Both the position numbers and the translations under genes were made by a program. The notes beneath the pieces are model-generated. The model saw only the letters and a list, made by a program, of their open reading frames with translations. It searched no databases and was not told where the DNA came from. DNA of 64,000 bases from the human T2T-CHM13v2.0 reference genome, Homo sapiens. The DNA is taken from NCBI RefSeq assembly GCF_009914755.1, contig NC_060948.1. The stretch is one strand, 5' to 3'. Positions 37,401-51,200 of the stretch are shown here, piece by piece; position 1 is the stretch's first letter; the number at the start of each line of letters is the position of its first letter.

Positions 37401-40400
37401 CTTCCTTCTGGCAGGTTCCTGGTCTTGCTCACTTCAAGAATGAAGCTGCAGTCCTTTACGTTGAGTGTTACATCATTTAAATGTGTTATGTCCATAGTTT
37501 GTTCCTTCAGATGTGTGCAGAGTTTCTTCCTTCTGGGATGTTCATCTACTTGCTCATTTGAAGAATGAAGCTGCAGACCTTAGTGGTGAGTTTTACAGCA
37601 CTTAAAGGTGTTATGTCCAGAGTTTGTTCCTTCAGATACGTCCAGAGTTTCTTCCTTCTGGCAGGTTCATGGTCTTGCTCACTTCAAGAATGAAGCTGCA
37701 GACCTTTACGGTGAGTGTTACAGCATTTAAAGGTGTTATGTCCAGAGTTTTTTCCATCAGATGTGTCTAGAGTTCCTTACTTCTGGGAGGTTCATGGACT
37801 TGCTCATTTCAAGAATGAAGCTGCAGACCGTAGTGGTGAGTTTTACAGCACTTAAAGGGGTTATGTCCAGAGTTTGTTCCTTCAGATGTGTCCAGAGTTT
37901 CTTCCTTCTGGCAGGTTCATGGTCTTGCTCACTTCAAGAATGAAGCTGCATACCTTAGTGGTGAGCGTTACAGCAGTTAAGTTTTTATGTCCAAAGTTTG
38001 TTCCTTCAGATATGTCCAGAGTTTCTTCCTTCTGGCTGGTTCATGGTCTTGCTCACTTCAAGAATGAAGCTGCAGACCTTTACGGTGAGTGTTACATCAT
38101 TTAAAGGTGTTATGTCCAGAGTTTTTTACATCAGATGTGTCTAGAGTTCCTTCCTTCTGGGAGGTTCATGGATTTGCTCATTTCAAGAATGAAGCTGCAG
38201 ACCTTAGTGGTGAGTTTTACAGCAACGTAAAGGTGTTATGTCCAGAGTTTGTTCCTTCAGATGTGTCCAGAGTTTCTTCCTTCTGGCAGGTTCATGGTCT
38301 TGGTCACTTCAAGAATGAAGCTGCAGAACTTAGTGGTGAGTTTTACAGCACTTAAAGGTGTTATGTCCAGAGTTTGTTCCTTCAGATGTGTCCAGAGTTT
38401 CTTCCTTCTGGCAGGTTCATGGTCTTGCTCACTTCAAGAATGAAGCTGCAGACCTTTACGTTGAGTGTTACAGCACTTAAAGGTGTTATGTCCAGAGATT
38501 GTTCCTTCAGATGTGTCCAGAGTTTCTTCCTTCTGGCAGGTTCATTGTCTTGCTCACTTCAAGAATGAAGCTGCGGACCTTAGTGGTGAGCGTTACAGCA
38601 CTTAAGTTTTTATGTCCACAGTTTGTTCCTTCAGATAAGTCCAGAGTTTCTTCCTTCTGGCAGGTTCATGGTCTTGCTCAATTCAAGAATGAAGCTGCAG
38701 ACCTTTACGGTGAGTGCTACAGCACTTAAAGGTGTTATGTCCATAGATTGTTCCTTCAGATGTGTCCAGTTTCTTCCTTCTGGCAGGTTCATGGACTTGC
38801 TCACTTCAAGAATGAAACTGTAGACCTTTACGGTGAGTGTTACAGCAAAGAAGGATGCTATGTCCAGAGTTTGTTCCTTCAGATGTGTCCAGAGTTTCTT
38901 CCTTCTGGCAGGTTCATGGTCTTCCTCACTTCAAGAATGAAGCTGCAGACCTTTTCGGTGAGTGTTACAGCATTTAAAGGTGTTCTGTCCATAGTTTGTT
39001 CCTTCAGATGTGTGCAGAGTTTCTTCCTTCTGGCAGTTCGTGGTATTGCTCACTTCAAGAATGATGCTGCAGTCCTTAGTGGTGAGTGTTACAGCACTTA
39101 AAGTTGTTATGTCCAGAGTTTGTTCCTTCAGATGTGTCCAGAGTTTCTTCCTGCTGGCAGGTTCATGGTCTTGCTCACTTCAAGAATGAAGCTGCAGACC
39201 TTAGTGTTGAGCGTTACAGCAGTTAAGTTTTTATGTCCAGAGTTTGTTCCTGCAGATAAGTCCGGAGTTACTTCCTTCTGGCAGGTTCATGGTCTTGCTC
39301 ACTTCAAGAATGAAGCTGCAGACCTTTACGGTGAGTGTTATAGCACTTAAACGTGTTATGTCCAGAGTTTGTTCCTTCAGATGTATCCAGAGTTTCTTCC
39401 TTCTGGCAGGTTCATGGTCTTGCTCACTTCAAGAATGACGCAGCAGTCCTTTACGGTGAGTGTTACAGCATTTAACGGTGTTATGTCCAGAGTTTGTTCC
39501 TTCAGATGTGTCCAGTTTCTTCCTTCTGGCAGGTTCATGGTCTTGCTCACTTCAAGAATGAAACTGTAGACTTTTACGGTGAGTGTTACAGCAATGAAAG
39601 ATGCTATGTCCAGAGTTTGTTCCTTCAGATGTGTCCAGAGTTTCTTCCTTCTGGCAGGTTCATGGTCTTGCTCACTTCAAGAATGAAGCTGCAGACCTTT
39701 AAGGTGAGTGTTACAGCATTTAAAGGTGTTATGTCCAGAGTTTTTTCCAACAGATGTGTCTAGAATTCCTTACTTCTGGGAGGTTCATGGACTTGCTCAT
39801 TTCAAGAATGAAGCTGCAGACCTTAGTGGTGAGTTTTACAGCACTTAAAGGTGTTATGTCCAGAGTTTGCTCCTTCAGATGTGTCCAGAGTTTCTTCCTT
39901 CTGGCAGGTTCATGGTCTTGCTCACTTCAAGAATGAAGTTGCAGACCTTAGTGGTGATCATTACAGCACTTAAGTTTTTATATCCAGAGTTTGTTCTTTC
40001 AGATATGCCCAGAGTTTCTTCCTTCTGGCAGGTTCATGGTCTTGCTCACTTCAAGAATGAAACTGCAGACCCTTACGGTGAGTGTTACAGCACTTAAAAG
40101 TGTTATGTCTAGAGTTTGTTTCTTCAGATGTGTCCAGTTTCTTCAGTATGGAAGGTTCATGGTCTTGCTCACTTCAAGAATGAAACTGTAGACTTTTACG
40201 GTGAGTGTTACAGCACTGAAAGATGTTATGTCCAGAGTTTGTTCCTTCAGATATGTCCAGAGTTTCTTCCTTCTAGCAGGTTCCTGGTCTTGCTCACTTC
40301 AAGAATGAAGCTGCAGAAATTAGTGGTCAGTTTTACAGCACTTAATGGTGTTATGTCCAGAGATTGTTCCTTCAGATGTGTCCAGACTTTCTTCCTTCTG

Positions 40401-43400
40401 GCAGGTTCATGGTCTTGCTCACTTCAGGAATGAAGCTGCAGACCTTAGTGGTGGGTGGTACAGCACTTAAGATGTTATGTCCAGAGTTTGTTCCTTCAGA
40501 TGTGTCCAGAGTTTCTTCCTTCTGGCAGGTTCATGGTCTTGCTCACTTCAAGAATGAAGCTGCAGTCCTTTACGGTCAGTGTTACAGCATTTTAAGATGT
40601 TATGTCTAGAGTTTGTTCCTACAGATGTGTCCAGAGGTTCTTCCTTCTGGCAGGATCATGGTCTTGCTCACTTCAGGAATGAAGCTGCAGACCTTAGTGG
40701 TGAGCGATACGGCACTTAAGTTTTTATGTCCAGAGTTTGTTCCTTCACATAAGTCCATAGTTTCTTCCTTCTGTCCGGTTCATGGTCTTGCTCACTTCAA
40801 GAATGAAGCTACAGAACTTAGTGGTGAGTTTTACAGCACTTAAAGTTGTTATGTCCAGAGTTTGTTCCTTCAGATGTGTCCAGAGTTTCTTCCTTCTGGC
40901 AGGTTCATGGTCTTGCTCACTTCAAGAATGAAACTGTAGACTTTTACGGTGAGTGTTACAGCAATGAAAGATGCTATGTCCAGAGTTTGTTCCTTCAGAT
41001 GTGTCCAGAGTTTCTTCCTTCTGACAGGTTCATGGTCTTGCTAACTTCCAGAATGAAACTGAAGACCTTTACGGTGAGTGTTACAGAACTGAAAGATGTT
41101 ATGTCCAGAGTTTTTTCCTTCAGATGTGTCCAGAGTTTCTTCCTTCTGGCAGGTTCATGGTCTTGCTCACTTCAAGAATGAAGCTGCAGAAATTAGTGGT
41201 GAGTTTTACAGCACTTAAAGGTGTTATGTCCAGAGTTTGTTCCTTCAGATGTGTCCAGACTTTGTTCGTTCTGGCAGGTTCATGGTCTTGCTCACTTCAA
41301 GAATGAAGCTGCAGACCTTAGTGGTGAGTGTTACAGCACTTAAAGATGTTATGTCCAGAGTTTGTTCCTTCAGATGTGTCCAGAGTTTCTTCCTTCTGGC
41401 TGGTTCATGGTCTCGCTCACTTCAAGAATGAAGCTGCAGACCTTTACGGTGAGTGTTACAGCATTTAAAGGTGTTATGTCCATAGTTTGTTCCTTCAGAT
41501 GTGTGCAGAGTTTCTTCCTTCTGGCAGGTTCATGGTATTGCTCACTTCAAGAATGAAGATGCAGACCTTAGTGGTGAGTGTTACAGCAGTTAAAGTTGTT
41601 ATGTCCAGAGTTTCTTCCTTCAGATGTGTCCATTTTTTTCCTTCTGGCTGGTTCATGGTCCTGCTCACTTCAAGAATGATACTGTAGACCTTTACGGTGA
41701 GTGTTACAGCACTGAAACATGTCATGTCCAGAGTTTGTTCCTTCAGATAGGTCCAGTGTTTCTTCCTTCTGGCAGGTTCATGGTCTTGCTCACTTCCAGA
41801 ATGAAGCTGCAGACCTTTACGTTGAGTGTTACAGCACTTAAAGGTGCTATGTCCAGAGTTTGTTCCTTCAGATGTGTCCAGAGTTTCTTTCTTCTGGCAG
41901 GTTCATGGTCTTGCTCACTTCAAGAATGAAGCTCCAGTCCTTTACGGTGAGTGTTACAGCACTTAAAGGTGTTATATCCAGATTTTGTTCCTTCAGATGT
42001 GTCCAGCATATCTTCCTTCTTGCAGGTTCATGGTCTTGCTCACCTCAAGAATGAAAATGCAGACCTTTACGGTGAGGGTTACAGCATTTAAAAGTGTTAT
42101 GTCCAGAGTTTTTTCCTTCAGATGTGTCTAGAGTTTCTTCCTTCTCACAGGTTCGTCTCTTGCTCACTTCAAGAATGAAGCTGCACAGCTTAGTGGTGAG
42201 CGTTACAGCACTTACGTTTTTATGTCCAGAGTTTGTTCCTTCAGATGTGTCCAGGGTTTCTTCCTTCTGGCAGGTTCATGGTCTTGCTGACCTCAAGAAT
42301 GAAGCTGCAGACCTTTACGGTGAGTGTTACAGCACTTAAATGTGTTATGTCCAGAGTTTGTTCATTCAGATGTTTCCAGAATTTCTTCATTGTGGCAGGT
42401 TCATGGTCTTGCTCACTTGAAGAATGAAGCTGCAGACCTTTACGCTGAGTGTTACAGCACTTAAAACTGTTATGTCCAGAGTTTGTTCCTTCAGATGTGT
42501 CCAGAGTTTCTTCCTTCTGGCAGGTTCATGGTCTTGCTCACTTCAAGAATGAAGCTGCAGACTTTTACGGTGAGTGTTACAGCATTTAAATGTGTTATGC
42601 CCAGAGTTTTTTCCTTCAGATGTGTCCAGAGTTTCTACCTTCTGGCAGGTTGATGGTCTTGCTCACTTGAAGAATGAATCTGCAGACCTTTACGTTGAAT
42701 GTTACAGCACTTAAAGGTGTTATGTCCACAGTTTGTTCCTTCAGCTGTGTCCAGAGTTTCTTCCTTCTAGCAGGTTCATGGTCTGGCTCACTTCAAGAAT
42801 GAAGCTCCATTCCTTTACGGTGAGTGTAACAGCAATTAAAGGTGTTATGTCCGGAGTTTTTTCCTTCAGATCTGTCCAGAGTTTCTTCCTTCTGGTAGGT
42901 TCATGGTCTTGCTCACTTCAAGAATGAAACTGCAGACCCTTACGTTGAGTGTTACAGCACTTAAAGGTGTTATGTCCAGAGTTTGTTCCTTCAGATGTGT
43001 CCACTTTCTTCCTTCTGGCCGGTTTATGGTCTTGCTCACTTCAGGAATGAATCTGTAGACTTTTACGGTGAGTGTTACAGCACTGTATGATGTTATGTCC
43101 AGAGATTGTTCCTTCAGATGTGTCTAGAGTTTGTTCCATCTGGCAGGATCTTGTCCTTGCTCACCTCAAGAATGAAGCTGTAGAACTTAGTGATGTGTTT
43201 TACACCACTTAAAGGTGTTATGTCCAGAGTTTCTTCCTTCAGATGTGTCCAGAGTTTCTTCCTTCTGGCAGGTTCATGGTCTTGCTGACCTCAAGAATGA
43301 AGTTGCAGACCTTTACGGTGAGTGTTACAGCACTTTAAGGTGTTATGTCCAGAGATTGTTCCTTCAGATGTGTCCAGCGTTTCTTCCTTCTGGCAAGTTC

Positions 43401-46400
43401 ATGGTCTTGCTCACTTCAAGAATGAAGCTGCAGACATTTACGGTGAGTGTTACAGCATTTAAAGGTGTTATGTCCAGAGTTTGTTCCTTCAGATGTGTGC
43501 AGAGTTTCTTCCTTCTGGCAGGTTCATGGTATTGCTCACTTGAAGAATGAAGCTGCAGACCTTAGTGTTGAGTGTTACAGCACTTAAAGTTGTTATGTCC
43601 AGAGTTTGTTCCTTCAGATGTGTCAAGAGTTTCTTCCTTCTGGCAGGTTCTTGGTCTTGCTCACTTCAAGAATGAAGCTGCAGACCTTTACGGTGAGTGT
43701 TACAGCATTTAAAGGTGTTATGTCCAAAGTTTCTTACATCAGATGTGTCTAGAGTTCCTTCCTTCTGGGAGGTTCATGGACTTGCTCATTTCAAGAATGA
43801 AGCTGCAGAACTTAGTGGTGAGTTTTACAGCACTTAAAGGTGTTATGTCCAGAGTTTGTTCCTTCAGATCTGTCCAGAGATTCTTCCTTCTGGCAGGTTC
43901 ATGGTCTTGCTCACTTCAAGAATGAAGCTGCAGACCTTAGTGGTGAGCATTACAGCACTTAAGTTTTTATGTCCAGAGTTTGTTCCTTCATATAAGTCCA
44001 GAGATTCTTCCTTCTAGCAGGTTCATGGTCTTGCTCACTTCAAGAATGAAACTGCAGACCCTTACGATGACTGTTACAGCAATTAAATGTGTTATGTCTA
44101 GAGTTTGTTCCTTCATGTGTGTCCAGTTTCTTCCTTCTGGAAGGTTCATTGTCTTGCTCACTTCAAGAATGAAACTGTAGACCATTACAGTGAGTGTTAC
44201 AGCACTGAAAGATGTTATGTCCAGAGTTTCTTCCTTCAGATGTGTCCAGAGTTTCTTCCTTCTGGCAGGTTCATGGTCTTGCTCACTTCAAGAATGAAGC
44301 TGCAGAACTTAGTGGTGAGCTTTACAGCACTTAAAGGTGTTATGTCCAGAGTTTATTCTTTCAGATGTGTCCAGAGTTTCTTCCTTCTGGCAGGTTCATG
44401 GTCTTGCTCACTTCAAGAATGAAGCTGCAGACCTTTACGGTCAGTGTTACAGCACTTAAAGGTGTTATGTCCAGAGATTCTTCCTTCAGATGTGTCCAGA
44501 GTTTCTTCCTTCTGGCAGGTTCATGGTCTTCCTCACTTCAAGAATGAAGCTGCAGACCTTTACGGTGAGTGTTACAGCATTTAAACGTGTTATGTCCACA
44601 GTTTGTTCCTTCAGATGTGTGCAGAGTTTCTTCCTTCTGGCAGGTTCATGGTATTGCTCACTTCAAGAATGAAGCTGCAGACCTTAGTGGTGAGTGTTAC
44701 AGCACTTAAAGTTTTTATGTCCAGAGATTGTTCCTTCAGATGTGTCCAGAGTTTCTTCCTTCTGGCAGGCTCATGGTCTTGCTCACTTCAAGAATGAAGC
44801 TGCAGACCTTAGTGGTGAGCGTTACAGCACTTAAGTTTTTATGTGCAGAGTTTGTTCCTTCAGATAAGTCCAGAGTTTCTTCCTTCTGGCAAGTTCATGG
44901 TCTTGCTCACTTCAAGAATGAAGCTGCAGAACTTAGTGGTGAGTTTTACAGCACTTAAAGGTGTTATGTCCAGAGTTTGTTCCTTCAGATGTGTCCAGAG
45001 TTTCTTCCTTCTGGCAGGTTCATGGTCTTGCTCACTTCAAGAATGACGCGGCAGACCTTTACGGTGAGTGTTACAGCATTTAAAGGTGTTATGTCTAGAG
45101 TTTGTTCCTTCAGATGTGTCCACTTTCTTCCTTCTGGCAGGTTCATGGTCTTGCTCACTTCAGGAATGAAACTGTAGACCTTTACGGTGAGTGTTACATC
45201 ATTTAAAGGTGTTATGTTCATAGTTTGTTCCTTCAGATGTGTGCAGAGTTTCTTCCTTCTGGGAGGTTCATGTACTTGATCATTTCAAGAATGAAGCTGC
45301 AGACCTTAGTGGTGAGTTTCACAGCACTTAAAGGTGTTATGTCCAGAGTTTGTTCTTTCAGATATGTCCAGAGTTTCTTCCTTCTGGCAGGTTCATGGTC
45401 TTGCTCACTTCAAGAATGAAGCTGCAGACCTTTGTTGTGAGCAGTACATCAGTTAAGTTTTTATGTCCAGGGTTTGTTCCTTCAGATAAGTCCAGAGTTT
45501 CTTCCTTCTGGCAGGTTCATGGTCTTGCTCACTTCAAGAATGAAGCTGCAGAACTTAGTGGTGAGTTTTACAGCACTTAAAGGTGTTATGTCCAGAGTTT
45601 GTTCCTTCAGATGTGTCCAGAGTTTCTTCCTTCTGGCAGGTTCATGGTCTTGCTCACTTCAAGAATGAAGCTGCAGACCTTTACGGTGAGAGTTACAGCA
45701 CTTAAAGGTGTTATGTCCAGAGATTGTTCCTTCAGATGTGTCCAGAGTTTCTTCCTTCTGGCAGGTTCATGGTCTTGCTCACTTCAAGAATGACGCGGCA
45801 GACATTTACGGTGAGTGTTACAGCACTTAAAGGTGTTATGTCCACAGATTGTTCCTTCAGATGTGTCCAGAGTTTCTTCCTTCTGGGAGGTTCATGGTCT
45901 TGCTCACTTCAAGAATGACGCGGCAGACATTTACGGTGAGTGTTACAGCACTTAAAGGTGTTATGTCCAGAGTTTTTTCCTTCAGATGTGTCCAGACTTT
46001 CTTCCTTCTGGCAGGTTCATGGTCTTGCTCACTTCCAGAATGAAGCTGCAGACCTTAGTGGTGAGTGTTACAGCACTTAAAGATATTATGTCCAGAGTTT
46101 GTTCCTTCAGATGTGTCCAGATTGTCTTCCTTCTGGCAGTTTCATGGTCTTGCTCACTTCAAGAATGAAACTGTAGACCTTTACGGTCAGTGTTATAGTA
46201 CTTAAAGGTGTTATGTCCAGAGTTTTTCCTTCAGATATGTCAAGAGTTTCTTCCTTCTGGCAGGTTCATGGTATTGCTCACTTCAAGAAAGATGCTGCAG
46301 ACCTTTACGGTGAGTGTTACAGCATTTAAAGGTGTTATGTCCAGAGTTTGTTCCATCAGATGTGTCTAGAGTTCCTTACTTCTGGGAGGTTCATGGACTT

Positions 46401-48250
46401 GCTCATTTCAAGAAGGAAGCTGCAGACCGTAGTGGTGAGTTTTACAGCACTTAAAGGTGTTATGTCCATAGTTTGTTCCTTCAGATGTGTCCAGAGTTTC
46501 CTCCTTCTGACATGTTCATGGTCTTGCTCACTTCAAGAATGAAGCTGCAGACCTTTACGGTCAGTGTTACAGCACTTAAATGTGTTATGTCCAGAGTTTG
46601 TTCCTTCAGATGTGTCCAGAGTTTCTTCCTTCTGGCAGGTTCATGGTCTTGCTCACTTCAAGAATGAAGCTGCAGAACTTAGTGGTGACTTTTACAGCAC
46701 TTAAAGGTGTTATGTCCAGAGTTTGTTCCTTCAGATGTGTCCAGAGTTTCTTCCTTCTGGCAGGTTCATGGTCTCGCTCACTTCAAGAATGACGCGGCAG
46801 ACCTTTACGGTGAGTGTTACAGCATTTAAAGGTGTTATGTCCATAGTTTGTTCCTTCAGATGTGTGCAGAGATTCTTCCTTCTGGCAGGTTCATGGTGTT
46901 GCTCACTTCAAGAATGAAGCTGCAGACCTTAGTGGTGAGTGTTACAGCACTTAAGTTGTTATGTCCAGAGTTTGTTCCTTCAGGTGTGTCCAGAGTTTCT
47001 TCCTTCTGGCAGGTTCATGGTCTTGCTCACTTCAAGAATGAAGCTGCAGACCTTTAAGGTGAGTGTTACAGCATTTAAAGGTGTTATGTCCAGAGTTTTT
47101 TCCAACAGATGTGTCTAGAATTCCTTACTTCTGGGAGGTTCATGGACTTGCTCATTTCAAGAATGAAGCTGCAGACCATAGTGGTGAGTTTTACAGCACT
47201 TAAAGGTGTTATGTCCAGAGTTTGTTCCATCAGATGTGTCCAGAGTTTTTTCCTTCTGGCACGTTCATGGTCTTGCTCACTTCAAGAATGAAGCTGCAGA
47301 CCTTAGTGGTGATCATTACAACACTTACGTTTTTATATCCAGAGTTTGTTCCTTCAGATATGCCCAGAGTTTCTTCCTTCTGGCAGGTTCATGGTCCTGC
47401 TCACTTCAAGAATGAAACTGCAGACCCTTTCGGTGAGTGTTACAGCACTTAAAAGTGTTATGTCTAGAGTTTTTCCTTCAGATATGTCCAGTTTCTTCCG
47501 TCTGGAAGGTTTATGGTCTTGCTCACTTCAAGAATGAAACTGTAGACCTTTACGGTGAGTTTTACAACACTGAAAGATATTATGTCCAGAGTTTCTTCCT
47601 TCAGATGTGTCCAGAGTTTCTTCTTTCTGGCAGGTTCATGGTCTTGCTCACTTCAAGAATGAAGCTGCAGTAATTAGTGGTGAGTTTTACAGCACTTAAA
47701 GGTGTTATGTCCAGAGTTTTTTCCTTCAGATGTGTCCAGACTTTCTTCCTTCTGGCAGGTTCATGGTCTTGCTCACTTCCAGAATGAAGCTGCAGACGTT
47801 AGTGGTGAGTGTTACAGCACTTAAAGATGTTATGTCCAGAGTTTGTTCCTTCAGATGTGTCCAGAGTGTCTTCCTTCTGGCAGGTTCATGGTCTTGCTCA
47901 CTTCAAGAATGAAACTGTAGACCTTTACGGTCAGTGTTATAGCACTTAAAGGTGTTATGTCCAGAGTTTTTTCCTTCAGATATGTCCAGAGTTTCTTCCT
48001 TCTGGCAGGTTCATGGTATTACACACTTCAACAATGAAGCTGCAGACCTTTACGGTGAGTGTTATAGCATTTGAAGGTGTTATGTCCAGAGTTTGTTCCA
48101 TCAGATGTGTCTAGAGTTCCTTACTTCTGGGAGGTTCATGGACTTGCTCATTTGAAGAACGAAGCTGCAGACGGTAGTGGTGAGTTTTACAGCACTTAAA
48201 GGTGTTATGTCCAGAGTTTGTTCCTTCAGATGTGTCCAGAGATTCCTCCT
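34450..48250. repeat. More diverged sub-domain with dispersed, imperfect block copies
   Basis: Related blocks occur at long irregular offsets with many private differences: ctgaaacatgtcatg at ~31117/35480/41712, and ttccaacagatg at ~39746/47100. Singleton variants are dense at 42000-43400. Confidence 0.6.
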
Positions 48251-48269
48251 TCTGGCATGTTCATGGTCT

Positions 48270-51200
48270 TGCTCACTTCCTTAATGAAGCTGCAGACCTT
48301 ACTGGTGAGTGTTACAGCACTTAAAGGTGTTACGTCCAGTGTTTGTTCCTTCAGATGTGTCCAGGGTTTCTGTCTTCTGTCAGATTCATGGTCTTTCTCA
48401 CTTCAAGAATGAAGCTGCAGACCTTAGTGGTGAGTGTTACAGCACTTAAAGGTGTTATGTCCAGAGTTTTTTCATTCAGATGTGTCCAGAGTTTCTTCCT
48501 TCTTGCAGTTTCGTGGTCTTGCTCACTTCCTTAATGAAGCTGCAGGCTTTACTGGTGAGTGTTACAGCACTTAAAGGTGTTATGTCCAGAGTTTGTTCCT
48601 TCAGATGTGTCCAGAGTTTCTTCCTTCTAGCAGGTTCATGGTCTTGCTCATTTCAAGAATGAAGCTGTAGACCTTTTCGGTGTGTGTTACAGCATTTATA
48701 GGTGTTATGTCCATAGTTTGTTCCTTCAGATGTGTGCAGAGTTTCTTCCTTCAGGCAGGTTCATGGTATTGCTCACTTCAGGAATAAAGCTGCAGACCTT
48801 AGTCGTGAGTGTTACAGCACTTAAGTTGTTATGTCCAGAGTTTGTTCCTTCAGATGTGTCCAGAGTTTCTTCCTTCTGGCAGGTTCATGGACTTCCTCAT
48901 TTCAAGAATGAAGCTGCAGACCTTACTGGTGAGTTTTACAGCACTTAAAGGTGTTATGTCCAGAGTTTGTTCCTTCACATGTGTCCAGAGTTTCTTCCTT
49001 CTGGCAGGTTCATGGTCTTGCTCACTTCAAGAATGAAGCTGCAGACCTTAGTGGTGAGCGTTACAGCAGTTAAGTTTTTATGTCCAGAGTTTGTTCCTTC
49101 AGATAAGTCCAGAGTCTCTTCCTTCTGGCAGATTCATGGTCTTGCTCACTTCAAGAATGAAGCTGCGGACCTTAGTGGTGAGCGTTACAGCACTTAAGTT
49201 TTTATGTCGAGAGTTTGTTCCTTCAGATAAGTCCAGAGTTTCTTCCTTCTGGCAGGTTCATGGTCTTGCTCACTTCAAGAATGAAGCTGCAGACCTTTAC
49301 GGTGAGTGTTACAGCACTTAAAGGTGCTATGTCCAGAGATTGTTCCTTCAGAAGTGTCCACAGTTTCTTCCTTCTGGCAGGTTCATGGTCTTGCTCACTT
49401 CAAGAATGACGCAGCAGACCTTTACGGTGAGTGTTACAGCATTTAAAGGTGTTATGTCCAGAGTTTGTTCCTTCAGATGTGTCCAGTTTCTTCCTTCTGG
49501 GAGGTTCATGGTCTTGCTCACTTCAATTATGAAACTGTAGAACTTTACGGTGAGTGTTACAGCAATGAAAGAGGCTAGGTCCAGAGTTTTTTCCTTCAGA
49601 TGTTTCCAGGGTTTCTTCCTTCTTTCAGGTTCATGGTCTTGCTCACTTCAAGAATGAAGCTGCAGACCTTTACGGTGAGTGTTACAGCATTTAAAGGTTT
49701 TATGTCCAGAGTTTGTTCCATCAGATGTGTCTAGAGTTCCTTACTTCTGGGAGGTTCATGGACTTGCTCATTTCAAGAATGAAGCTGCAGACCTTTACGG
49801 TGAGTGTTTTAGCACGTAAAGGTGTTATGTCCAGAGTTTGTTCCTTCAGATGTTTCCAGAGTTTCTTCTCTGGCAGGTTTATGGTCTTGCTCACTTCAAG
49901 AATGAAGCTGCAGAACTTTGTGGTGAGTTTTACAGCACTTAAAGGTGTTATGTCCAGAGTTTTTCCTTCAGATGTGTCCAGAATTTCTTCCTTCTGACAG
50001 TTCCATGGTGTTGCTAACTTCAAGAATGATGCTGCAGACCTTAGTGTTGAGTGTTATAGCACTTAAAGGTGTTATGTCCAGATTTTGTTCCATCAGATGT
50101 GTCTAGAGTTTCTTCCTTCTGGGAGGTTCATGGTCTTGCTCACTTCGAGAATGAAGCTGCATACTTTAGTGTTGAGTTTTACAGCACTTAAAGGTGTTAG
50201 GTCCAGAAGTTGTTCCTTCAGATGTGTCCAGAGTTTCTTACTTCTGGCAGGTTCATGGTCTTGCTCACTTCAAAAATGAAGCTGCAGACCTCAGTGGTGA
50301 GCGTTACACCACTTAAGTTGTCAAGTCCAGTGTTTCTTCCTTCAGATGTGTCCAGAGTTTCTTCCTTCGGGCAGGTTCATGGTCCTGCTCACTTCAAGAA
50401 TGAAGCTCCAGTCCTTTACGGTGAGTGTTACAGCACTTAAAGGTGTTATGTCCAGAGTTTGTTCCTTCAGATGTGTGCAGAGTTTCTTCCTTCTGGCAGG
50501 TTCATAGTCTTGCTCACTTCAAGAATGAAACTGCAGACCCTTACGATGAGTGTTACAGCACTTAAAGGTTTTATGTCCAGAGTTTGTTCCTTCAGATGTG
50601 TCCAGTTTGTTCCCTCTGGCAGGTTCATGGTCTTGCTTACTTCAAAATTGAAACTGTAGACCTTTACGTTTAGTGTTATAGCACTGAAAGATGTTATGTC
50701 CAGAGTTTGTTCCTTCATATGTGTCCAGAGTTTCTTCCATCTGGCAGGTTCATGTCCTTGCTCACTTCAAGAATGAAGCTGCAGAACTTAGTGGTGAGTT
50801 TTACAACACTTAAGGGTGTTATGTCCAGAGTTTGTTCCCTCAGATGTGTCCAGAGTTTCTTTCTTTTGGCAGGTTCATGGTCTTGCTCACTTTAGGAATG
50901 AAGCTGCAGACCTTTACCGTGAGTGTTACAGCACTTAACGGTATTATGTCCATAGTTTGTTCCTTCAGATGTGTCCCGAGTTTCTTCCTTCTGGCAGATT
51001 CATGGTCTTGGTAGCTTCAACAATGAAGCTGCAGACCTTTACGGTGAGTGTTACAGCACTTAATGTTGTTATGTCCAGAGTTTGTTCCTTCAGATGTGTC
51101 CAGAGTTTCTTCCTTCTGGCAGGTTCATGGTCTTCCTCACTTCAACAATGAAGCTGCAGACCTTAGTGGTGAGCGTTACAGCAATTAAGTTGTTATGTCC

